25,229 bases of DNA, taken from Moniliella sp. 'wahieum' (taxonomy: Eukaryota). Shown piece after piece: positions 1-10,018 of the stretch (its first letter is position 1; every line of letters begins with the position of its first letter). The notes beneath the pieces are model-generated. The model was given only the letters and a program-made list of their open reading frames with translations. It was not told the origin of the DNA and made no database searches. The DNA lies in contig RSEE01000138.1 in the NCBI GenBank assembly GCA_003971905.1, positions 124,001 to 149,229 on the forward strand, in the 5' to 3' direction. Made by a program: the position numbers and the translations under genes.

Positions 1-1546
1 GCGGCCATGCCCCATCACTAGCATCATCGATCATCAGGAAAATTCGGCCCATTGAAGCCGTCGGACAGACACAGCAGTACGTGGGTGCGATTTATGGCAG
101 CACACAGGCGGGTCTCAGGGGTTCGGGGCGGCTCTTTCGGAGATGCGAGGCAAGGCGGTCATCGGAAGAGGACAGTCGGGGTGGCGCACAGTAAGTACTT
201 ACTCGGTACTACTACCAGTAGTACTCCTTGTCGCATAATACGCGGTATTCCCAGCTGTCTGTCGCGGTTGCACAGGACCGGATAGGCTGCGCAGCAACCC
301 ATCCAGGCCGCGTCACCCGCGTTAATTGTGCACTCGTAGCAAGAAAGAGATCTGGTGCGACGCCGCTCTTCTCTCAAAAAGGCCGCCACCATCCGTCGCA
401 GGCGGTGGAGGGTCGATCGTCGATGTACGCTGGCCGTCGTTGCGCCCCTTGCCCCATGCCCCCTCTCCGGCCAGCCAACCACGGGCACAGTCTGCAGACG
501 TCGAAGGATCCTCCGGGGTGGGAACAAGTGCGGGGAGAAGGCAGCGGGCAGCGTCGTCGGACGGGCACTCTACTCCCTTCGGGCCTCGGCAGCGGCGTGG
601 CCACTGATGGCGAATCCACGTCCCGCGGCAGTAGCGAGGCAACTACGTCCACCATTTTCCCCCACCCTCTCGCGACGCCTCTTGCCCATCGGCGCGCGAC
701 CTTCGCCCTTCGCAGTGCCATCCTCCTCCTCCTCGGCGTCGCCTGCATCTTCATCCGTCTCGTGGGCTTTGGACCGTGATCTTGATTCCTTTACTGGCGC
801 AATATCCCAACCCGCCGGAGCGTCCTCAACCGTGGTGCTTCCCGACCCCCTTCCTTTTCCTGGGTTCCCTACCCTACTCCCTCCCTCCTCCCCGATCTCC
901 CTGCTGCCCATCACCAGGCGCCCACTGCTCTCCTGATGGCTGGGCCAGGGCCCCCACCAAGAACCCAAGCCGACCATGGGACCGCACCCTCGTTGGGTCA
1001 AGGGCAGGGCGGCCGTGGCTATGGCCAGCCCACTGCGACAAGCAGTTCCTATCTGCACTCGCTCGTTTCCCATCGTCATCCCTACTTCCCCACTTGGACT
1101 GTTTCCCCCCCTCTCCACCAGCTTCAACCGGCAGGCGCGACTCGGCCGCCCCACCGCTCTTCCTCCCAGTCCCGCATCCGGCCCGTCTTGCCCAGACGAA
1201 CGCGGGTAGGCCGATTGGATTTGACCCGCGCCTCTGCCCTGGTCCGGCAGCAGCGATCCACATCCACTGCGGTTAATACATCCGCCTACCCACGCTCTCC
1301 TGTTCCGCGTGAGTCGGCTAGGCAGGGCGAGTAGGGCTCCCACGATCAACAACCAGGGCGTGCCTAGTATCTGTCATCCTCCCCCCTCTCCCCGCTTTTC
1401 CCTTCCTACGCTTCCCTACCAGCAAGATATCACACCTATACGAGAGAGTGGCAGAGAGAGGTGAATGCATAGTACAGTGACTAGGGTGGAGTCCCGATTA
1501 GTGCGTCTAGGTACCTGGGACGGCAGCGGCCCAGGGCACAGACGAC

Positions 1547-4500
1547 CTAGAACCCAATCTCCTGCTTATCCTTGGCTTGTTTGCGTGCGGCGCCGCGGGC
1601 AAACTTATCGTTGCGCAAGGAGCGTTTTGTGTGGGGTCCATCGCGACCGGGCGTGAGCGGTCGGAGGGACCGAACGGCACACTCGATCCGACCCAACTTG
1701 TACCCACGGAACCGACCGTTACGATGCATCGTTTTGCGCTTTGGCAATGCCGCCGTCTTGTCAAACAAGACCAGCGTCGGGGCGCGCCACCGCGCGCGAC
1801 CCGCCCCGCACGGTGCAGCAGATCCATCGTGCTCATCGAATGGCGCGCCGGCGTGTCCAGCTCGGCCCGCGTCGCCGCATTCGAGTCGGGGATAACGAGG
1901 TGCGTGACCAGCGGCGAAAAGTCAATCCCACGCGCCAACATCGAAGTGGTGATGAGCACACGTGGGTAGTTGGGCGCGGGCGTGGCAGCGTCAGCATCCG
2001 AAGCGTCGGCGGCAGGATCGGTCACGCCTCTGGTTTTTGAGTTGCTACCGGTACAGGGAACCGGAGCGAACGTTGTTCCAAGCGCTTGGCCATGGCGCGG
2101 GCCGCGACGACCGTCTTGCTCCTCCGCTCTGGCACGATCTCCACGGGCTGAGGCAAGCCCGAGCCAAGAAGCCTGCGTTGTTCCCTGCGTTTACGACGGG
2201 CGGCCTCCTTGGCCGGCTGGGCGGCAAGCTTATCGTCGTGCCGCTTGTAGGCGCGGAGAATCTTGTCGGTCGAGACGCCGCCCCGGGTAGCTGCTTCCAG
2301 CTCCAGGTCTTGGAGATCTCGTCCAGGTCGTAGTCTTTGTACGAAAACTCTTCGTCGTCTTCCTCCTGCTCCAACTCCTCCACTTGGTCTTCCTCCAGCC
2401 CCTCGGTGGCAGCTAGTTGTTCTTCGTGCCCTTCTCCAGCCACTGTGCCGTCTTCGGCCGAAAGCGACTCCTCATCGGACGCGAGGGACTGGCGGGGAGG
2501 CGGTAATAGCTTACGAGGATCCAGCACAAACCCATTAAGATGGTTGTTGCTCGTTAGGCTACGGTTTTTGGATGTGCTGGTCAAAGTGGTGTTACTGAAA
2601 GAGGAGCCAAGTTAGTAGGGTGGCCAGAACCGCGAGCCAAGGCAACAGCGAGACCGGGTAGGCAAGCCAGGGAAACCAAGACAAGAGACGTACAGAATTC
2701 CAACACGGTCCAACAGTTTGCTATAGTTGCGCACGGCGATTCGACGGTCGCAAAACACCACCACCCGCGATCGATCGGTAGGGTCAGCAAGCAACGCCTC
2801 GCGCACCTCACGCGCAAATGCAAACTGCCGCGTCGGCCCAACATTGGCATACTTGACCCGCAACGAAGTGGGCAACTGGTGCAGATGCTTGGAAAGGAGG
2901 AAAGTCGTGTCCGGGAACCGGTTGGTCAATTCCTTCTTCAGCCCCGCTCCTACCGACGCGGTGACATGGATCAGGTCGGCAGGAACAAGGGGCTTCGGCG
3001 TGGCCTTGTCCTTCCATGCCTTGAGCCGGTCGTCGTACACGGTTCGTAGGATCACCTTGGTGGGAATGTAGTGATCGTGGTCCCACAACACATCTGCCTC
3101 GTCACAGACCACGGCCCGTACGGCATCGAGCGAAATGTACTGTTGCCGAATGTCGCGCTCCACGTGCCTTTCCAGCATGCGTGCTGCCAAAAAGTCTTCG
3201 CCGAGCATGTACTGGTTGTGAAGGGCAAGGTAACGCGCATTGCGCACCGACAACGGCGTCGTCAGGTCCAACAACCGCTCGGGCGTCGTGACCAGCACAT
3301 CGATCTTCCGCACCTCATCCCACTTGCCACGCGACATGAGTCCAATGTCGTGCCGCAGGACCTTGCGCCAACTGTTCCGGCTGGTGCACACGGTACGCAA
3401 CCTTTCAATGTGCGTCAAGGCCTTGACCGATGTCTCGATCTGACGAGCGAGTTCACGTCGGAGCAAGGATGATGCTCCGTGGCCGGATGAGGTAGGGGAA
3501 TTCCGGCTTGGAAGGCGGAGTCCAGGCCTTGACTTCTTCCTTGCGCACGTGCAAGCGTCGATAGCGTCTGTACGCTGCGGCGCGGGTGCTTGCGCTCCCC
3601 TGGGAGCGCTCGAGGTGGAGAAATTTCTCAAAACTCTTCCAACTCCTCCCCCGAGAGCCAGTGGCGAGGATTGGCAATCGGCTTGCCGATCGCGCATCAA
3701 CATGGCCTCGTTCGCCTCCTTGTCTTCGTACCACGCTTCCTCGTCCTCCTCCTCCGGATCGTCATATTCATCCAGCTCCTTGGTCGCCTCCGAGGCAAAG
3801 TGAGCAGCACGAGCATTCGCACGCGCTTCCGCATCCCGATGCTCACCATATCCCGTTGGAGATCTTCCTGCTTCGTAGCAACCAGGCGTTCGAGGGCACA
3901 AGGTAAGCAAACGTCTGCCTCCGCCGTCTCGCCAGCAAGCAGCGTCGAGCTGCCGGGAGCCTTGGGGAACAGGAAGCCCTGCGCACCCTGAAACAGACGA
4001 GCACGGGTGCTGCGGGCAGTCAGAGTGTGTTCGTTTCGGTTGATGAGAAAGTGTTGGAAGGCCAGGCGCTGGATCGAGGTGGGCGCCAGGGGGCCTCTGC
4101 TCCGGCAGGATATCGAGACGGAGCGCGTTTGCGCGAACTCAGCCCTGGGCCAACAACTTGCGAAAGCCGGTCGGACCGGCAGGCGGCGGAAGATGTGGCG
4201 GAGCGGGCGAGCCCCGCGGGTCGTTCTTCACGTGAGCGCGACGAGGGGCGACTGGACCACTCGACCATGGTTGATCCGGCGCGCACCGGCTCGTGCGTTG
4301 TCGGCGCCAATGCCGGGCAGCGGCGGTACTCGGGGGCGGTGCCGGTGGCGGGACTGAGCAGACGGGTGGGCTTTTGGAGGGCGGGCGGAGGCGGGTGCGG
4401 CGGGCGCGGGCGCGGTGGGCGCGGGCCGAGGAGGGAGAAGGCGGCAGGAGTGGGTAAGGGTGGGCGCGCGGGCACCGCAATGGCCAGCGGGAGGCCCAGC

Positions 4501-4554
4501 GTAGCGCGCGTGTGCGCGGGGGATGCGCATGGCGCTGCGGGCGATGGGCAGCAT
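1547..4554 (-). CDS. MRH4: DEAD-box ATP-dependent RNA helicase, Mrh4-like (probably mitochondrial); 1 intron, several apparent indel frameshifts
   Basis: Motifs recovered in order across frames: motif I LLAGET(G)GG(K)TFAYLVP (~3945-3895, two 1-nt deletions), Ia RSIILAPT.ELARQI (~3480-3440), Ib IDVLVTTPERLL, II VVCDEADVLWD, III HVTAS, IV RVVVFCDRR, V RVLITTSMLARGIDF, VI DLLHRAGRVARGG. The basic C-terminal tail ends ...KQEIGF* at 1547. The probable start at 4554 (MLPIARSAMRIPRAH) is Arg-rich and acid-free, like a presequence. The DEAD-box call is firm; Mrh4 orthology is from recalled similarity only. Confidence 0.85.
2595..2693 (-). other. Spliceosomal intron (99 nt) in the helicase gene
   Basis: Minus strand reads GTACGT...TACTAAC (2617-2611)...TTTCAG. 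Splicing joins DRVGIL to NTTLTSTSKNRSLTSNNHLNGF in frame. Confidence 0.9.
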
Positions 4555-5762
4555 GGACGCAACGACGCTGGTGGCCGGGAAGGCTGGCCAGCCCAGTGGC
4601 GGCGCTTCTTCTGGCCATCCACCACAAATTATGCCCGCATCGGTGCAACCCACCCCGCCTCGCACCCGTTCCGCCCGGTTCCGCTCCAACCCTACCCGCA
4701 CGCCCAGCAGTGCCCCAGGGAAGCAGGCGGAACTCAAGCGCTGCTGGTAGGCACTGCCACCCCTCCTTCTTTCCTCTTCTTTTCCTCCGTCTGGGTTCAC
4801 CCGTCAACCCACCCGCTCCTGCCTTCCGTCTACCCCCATACGATATTTGGCCCTCTGCTTTAACGTGCTCTCGCGCCATTAGGGGGGGGGAAGCAAGGAT
4901 AAAAGATGTGACACAGTGGGATGAGCCACAATGCTTCGGACCTGCTGGCTACATATACACACCCGTTTGTAGTCCCTCTAGGAGTACTGCGTGTCGGGAT
5001 CAGACCCACTTTATCACCGTTTGATCACCCAATTGACTGGTCCCTGATTTGTTCTAGACCCTGTTTTCCTCCTTTGACTATGATCCCCCCGTGTGATCCA
5101 GCTCGCATGTTCTCTTTTTCTCCAAGGCATATATACCTCGCCCTCTTTCCACTCGATGAATATGATCCTCTCATCCTTTCCCCATCTCCATCTCCTGTTA
5201 CTGCAGTATTGACAGGATAAGTTGGCGCTGAGCAAATGCCACAGATGAGTGAGTCGGAGGGTGAAACTGATGGTCAAGCGCGCTGGTTCATTTCAGCGGG
5301 GATCGCGGGGACACTACTATATGATTCGAGTCGACAACGGACTCCTGAGGGTTGTCTTGGTGGGCTGATGGACTTTCCACCACCGGCGCACCAGAGCGCG
5401 ACACCAGTAGCTCAAGAGTGGCGTCACTCGCCGGGTCTTCTCCTGCAGAAAAAGAAGAGATTAATTTGCAAATAGTACTATGGGTTCAGCCACGGAATAG
5501 CGATTGAGGTCTACTGGCACATATGCTCTTTTGCTCCACTCCCAAGTTGAATCGAACCGTATCTTCGACAAGTCCCCCTAGAACCGGGATAGCTGACTGG
5601 CTCATCCGGCATGGGCTGCGTGCTGGCGCCAACGCAAGTAGGAAACCGGTGGGGTGAAGGATGCTTGGTGTCTGTTGTGCAAAAAGCGGATTCAGAGCGT
5701 GCGTGCCGAAGGTGGACCTTGCCCCTGTAAAAACAACAGGGGATACGTCCCACGCTATCAAG

Positions 5763-5809
5763 ATTGAGACTTGAGACTTGAGAAGAATTGAGAATTGAGA
5801 TCTGAGATC
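5763..5809. repeat. Degenerate 7-nt tandem repeat (TTGAGAC/TTGAGAA/CTGAGAT)
   Basis: attgagac ttgagac ttgagaa gaa ttgagaa ttgagat ctgagat. Confidence 0.75.
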
Positions 5810-6461
5810 AAAGGGCCGTACGTATCGGGTCGCACTTGCTCGTTCTGCGGGGCATGGCAGGAGGTATGTAGATGGGGGTGTTCACAACCTGGCTTGGCAA
5901 ACCCGAATGCTTGGCAAAATAAGCCTGTGGGAAAAGAAATGGCTGCTATGCTCGGTCCATTCGTACAGCGACGACGCGTACCTAGCCACTGGGCTTGCAA
6001 ACAGCGGACGTGTGGCGCCAGTGTTGTGCCGCTGGTGACGTCACGCGGGGGGGCGTCGCCTCAGAGCGTGGGCATGCGCCAGGCGACCATGTGACCATGT
6101 GCCCCGCCCGAGGCACCGCGACGCGCACTGGGCTGGTGCCTGCACCCGACTCGGTGCCGTGCGGGAGCGAGTCACCGGCGCGACGGGGGCAGCACCCCGC
6201 GCTGCTTAGGGTTGGCTGCCGCGGGCACAGTGGCCCGGTGCGCGCTCTGGCTCGGAGCGCCGGGCGTCTGACGCGGTACACCGCAGACAACCCTACTGTA
6301 CCCTGCTGCACAGCCCGTGTGCGGGGGTAATCGATAATCGTACTCGAGACTCCACCGCCGCCATCCTTCTTTGCTATGCGCACCAGCACCTCACCACCTC
6401 CATCCGTCGCTCCGTCTCCCACCATCACCACCACCACCACCACCTCCACCACCACCTCGCC

Positions 6462-6724
6462 ATGACCAAGTACGAGTACGCCATCTGCCCCCAGTGCGGC
6501 CACGTGACGCGCATCGAGACGGGCATCTGCGTCTTTTGCGACGCCGACCTGACCAATGCCACGCCGGTCACCCGCCTGTCCGTTGCTCCCGCCTCCACCG
6601 CCCTCCACAACCTCCATTCCCACTCCCACCCCCACCGCGCCGCCTCTCATCTGCGGCCCCATCGCTCCGCCCTCGGCCCATGTCCCCACATCCTCAGCCG
6701 TCCTGCCCATCCCGCCGCGCCTAG
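6462..6724 (+). CDS. Small zinc-ribbon protein (CxxC-x10-CxxC, DZR/zinc_ribbon-like); 3' end uncertain
   Basis: MTKYEYAICPQCGHVTRIETGICVFCDADL, with a good gccATG context and nearly all of the first ~50 codons ending in G/C. The frame stays open to 7190, but coding character fades after ~6720. The TAG at 6722-6724 lies in another frame and could be the true stop if one indel is present. Confidence 0.55.
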
Positions 6725-7637
6725 CTGGGCGCTCCCCTCTCGTCTTCCTTCGCTCTTCGCTCGCCTCTCGCATTGTTGTGTCTTCTCGCTTCGCATATAC
6801 CGCAACCCCCCCTCGTTCCTGTCCCGGCCGTCCCTGCTGCCACTTGCCCATTTGTCCTCTCGTCACTGTATGCGTACCGGGATCTCTTGCGGTACCGCGA
6901 CTGCAACCCTGCCCTTACCGTTCCTGTCCTCATCGCACGTCTCTCTGGCCGCATCCGTCTCCTCTCCTTTCTCAGGGGGGCAGCATTTAGCATTCCACCC
7001 CCGCCATACTTTTAAAAAGGAAGCGCGGGAGAGGCCAGGGCGGCTGTTTTTTTCGCTTCGAGTCTTCGTTTGTTTCTTTTGTCCCGCACGCAAGCCTTCT
7101 TCCACCGCGGCACTCTGTACGATCTTATCCTCCGCATTGTCTCGGCCTACCCCTTCCCGAACATCTTGCCCAGAAAGCTCTCTCGCTTGAGCGCAAACCG
7201 CATCGACGCCACTTACCGTTTAAGGGGGAGGGGGCAAGGGTTAGCTGCCCTGGGACGCTACGTACCTACCTTACCTTTGGCCCTCTGTTTTTGCCCATAG
7301 GCAGTGGACTTGCTCTTGCTCTTGGCCTGTTGCTGGGTTTTAACGTTCTCGCGTTCTCGCGTTGTGACGTTCTGGCGTTCTGGCCTCACCTCGCCTTGCC
7401 GTCGCCTTGTCCATCGCTACCCCCAGGGTTCAGGATTCCAGCTGGGAGAGTACGCGTTACGAGGAACCATTCCCAGGCCGTTCCACCCGGCTCAGCTCGC
7501 GCCGAGGGAAGAAACCCACGGATCCCCTTTTGTTTCTTACTTTTTGTTTCTTACTTCCTTGTGGGAGCGGGAAAGCCAAGACGGTGCACGCAAAAGGACG
7601 AAGACCAGGACCTGCTCTGCCGAGGTACAAGGAGGCT

Positions 7638-7750
7638 TGTCCAGATTAGGATGGTAGTACGTCTCCATCAGATCATAGGGCGATGGGCTGAGGGGCGCTC
7701 TCCGCGCTCGCCGCGTTCGTCCGGCCCCAGGCGTCCGTTGGTCGAGCATA
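7638..7750 (+). repeat. Dispersed direct repeat copy 1 (~113 nt), partner at 9772-9877
   Basis: Block 7638-7676 matches 9772-9810 at 38/39 nt. Block 7714-7750 matches 9841-9877 at 33/37 nt. The middle is variable (37 vs 30 nt). Confidence 0.9.
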
Positions 7751-8041
7751 TCACGACGTGCAGGGCTGGCGTCACCGTGGTGCTTGGCGATCGATGTATG
7801 AACCATGATGCAGGATGGTCTGCCATCTCTTCGCCTCCTGGTTCCTTGGGCCAGCACAGAACGGTAACGAGTGGCATGGAACGGTGGGTCATAGTGCGCT
7901 TCCGCTGCTCAAAAATGCGTCCGGGAGGATCTCTTAAGTTGCACATATATCATTGGCAGAGCTTAAGGCTGGGACAGGGGAAACGCTACGTCTAAACCGA
8001 ACCGTTCATCTTGCGGGAATTGCTTGGAAGCGCCATCAAGG

Positions 8042-8650
8042 TTAAGGAACCGGGGGGATCGCCAGGATATCAGGACCCTCTGGTTCTCGCCATCCGGTCC
8101 CGTACCCTAGGTAGCGCGTGTGGACACGGATGAACGTGGTTGACATCCGAGCGAGGAACCAGTTCCATTGAGACTTAGTAGCCAAATCCTTCCAATGCGC
8201 AAACAACTTGCCAGCTGTCTTGGTGCCGTAGTATCCTCACGCGTCGTCAAAACCAAAGGGGAAACGGCTCTTGAGTGAGTCTCTGGTACTTGGCGTTCTT
8301 GTCGCATAACTGCTTGTTTCAGCAGCCGAAGCAGCTCCTTCTCCCGGCATTCCAAAGGCGTCGCAGTGCTCTCATGTACCACTCTCCGGTACACGCTCTG
8401 CGCCTCCTGCGATCCCGTGTCGCGCAGCGTGTGGTCCACCTCCATTACGGATCCTCCGATTGCTCCAGTCCCCATCACACGGTAGTCGGGCCGCTGTGCC
8501 CTCCGTCTGCGCCTCGTCTTATCCTCTTCCTCCACAGTAGGTTCGTTGTGGATGCGGGTGTCGGGGATGGAGCGCACGAGCTGGAGAATGGGCTCCCGCA
8601 CTGATGCCTCATGTAACGCGCACTAAACTTGGCCTGGGAGCGGGTGCACA
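8042..8650 (-). mobile_element. 5'-truncated non-LTR retrotransposon remnant encoding the C-terminal restriction-like endonuclease (RLE; CRE/R2-group, fungal Cnl1/MoTeR-like architecture)
   Basis: Stitched translation: LCTRSQAKFSAR.HEA.VREPILQLVRSIPDTRIHNEPTV...RPDYRVMG...EVDHTL...DKNAKYQRLTQEPF.PLVLTT.GYYGTKTAGKLFAHWKDLATKSQWNWFLARMSTTFIRV. This reproduces the RLE motif order RH(D/E)-EP-RPD-D-KxxKY-FxPLV. No reverse transcriptase is present upstream. Confidence 0.8.
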
Positions 8651-8692
8651 ACGGTGGCTAAGGTGGTGATGGGGGAACGGTGGCTAAGGTGG
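8650..8692. repeat. 17-nt direct duplication AACGGTGGCTAAGGTGG (8650-8666 and 8676-8692)
   Basis: Exact copies, located at the 5' truncation junction of the RLE remnant. Confidence 0.9.
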
Positions 8693-8696
8693 CCAG

Positions 8697-8770
8697 CAAG
8701 CACCAAGCACCAAGCACCAAGCACCAAGCACCAAGCACCAAGCACCAAGCACCAAGCACCAAGCACCAAG
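8697..8770. repeat. Perfect heptanucleotide microsatellite (CACCAAG)10
   Basis: Ten exact units at 8701-8770, preceded by a partial CAAG. Confidence 0.97.
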
Positions 8771-9771
8771 CTGGGACGAAGCCCCAGCTGACCGGGCCGT
8801 AGGCCGGTGGTCTCCTCGTATGAACTAAAAAATCTCAGGCCCGATAGCGGGGGACGGGGTCAAACTCTTGACGCGGGTCGAAATACATGAAGGAGGGTGT
8901 GACGGGCCGCGTTGGATCCGAGAGGGTCCTGTACAAGCTAAGTTCCCCCTGTTCTGTTGCACAGGCACAGTAGAGCGCGTTCCGCAGTCCATCCAAGTGT
9001 GGTAATGGTTGGTTAAATTAGTAGGCTACCGTGGCCCGAGGGGCGATGCATCCGCGCAACAAGATCAGTAGTCGCCCCCCACTCTCAAGTCCAAGTCGGG
9101 TGGGCTAGGTACGGCCACCAACTTCCCAGGAACTTTTCGACTATTGTCGCCTCTGTCCCCGTTTTGTTTTCCTCTCGCTGTTGTGCCTGCGGTAACCAAA
9201 CCCTCTTTTGACATCCCTTCCTTTCTACACCCCACCCTGTTGTATCCGTTTTCCCCTTTGACCTAATTGCCTGTACCCCTGGTTGATGGGGATCCTTTCC
9301 TCCACCTTCAATTCTCATCTCCACTCTCGTCCCCTCCCACCTATCCTGTCCGACTCCTTCCCGTTTTCCACCCAATTGGTCCAGTACAGGCAGCTTCCTC
9401 TTGTTAGCGTCGGCCATCTCCTCCGACCTCGTCCTCCAGCAATCCGTCAGTACAGTCGGGCGAGCCCTCCTTTGGCCGCGTCGATTTCCAATCTCAGTTG
9501 AGGCAGTGTCTGTCCGCCGCTGCCTCCTCCCCTCCCTAAGTCCCGGAGGCTTCAGACACGTTACTACGGCCCAAGCCGGGCCGACACAGCCTTGCCACAC
9601 GAGCAGCCGCTCCACCAAAGGAATCTCCTCGTCCCTAGCGCTGCTCGGATCCACTACCTAGCCCAAGCCCGAACCTACCGTGAGTCGACCGCGACCGTCT
9701 CCCAAGGGATTTATTGTACCCATAAACCCGGGCGAGTCCCCTGGCGGGGCCCGCCCCATATGACAGAGGGA

Positions 9772-9884
9772 TGTCCAGCTTAGGATGGTAGTACGTCTCC
9801 ATCAGATCATTGGGGGGGATGAAGAGGTGGGCGCTCACCTCGTTCGTCCGGCCCCAGGTGTCCGCTGGCCGAACATAAAAAAAA
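9772..9884 (+). repeat. Dispersed direct repeat copy 2 (~106 nt) followed by an A8 run
   Basis: Homologous to 7638-7750; ends GAACAT then A8 (9877-9884). Confidence 0.9.
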
Positions 9885-10018
9885 TAGTGGGTGCCCAATG
9901 GCTGGCCCGCGAGAGCAGAATTAAGCGCAACGGGCAGGTCACGTGCTAGCGTAGAGAATGGGTGAGCACGCTGCTCGTCCCTTCTCTGGCAACCAACACC
10001 ACTTGTCCACCACGCCCG

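Noticed and set aside
1..45. TGATGA/ATGATG words on the minus strand resembling a snoRNA C box
   Set aside because: Cut by the window edge; no D box, terminal stem or recognisable guide is visible.
355..1352. Overlapping long ORFs on both strands (e.g. 570-1352 minus with DEDAGDAEEEEDG)
   Set aside because: No recognisable domain and no consistent codon bias, so the strand cannot be chosen. It may be a disordered protein, but I cannot support a call.
8701..8770. Regular repeat considered as a CRISPR array or canonical telomere
   Set aside because: No spacers, eukaryotic context, and the unit is not TTAGGG-like. It is a plain heptamer microsatellite.
9085..9660. ORFs between the microsatellite and repeat copy 2 as the missing reverse transcriptase
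   Set aside because: No RT motifs (e.g. QG.P, Y.DD) are recognisable in any frame.
9772..9877. Hammerhead or HDV-like ribozyme reading of the repeat (CTGATGG and CCTAA on the minus strand)
   Set aside because: CUGAUGA and GAAA cores are incomplete, and P1/P3/P1.1 of an HDV fold cannot be built in both copies.
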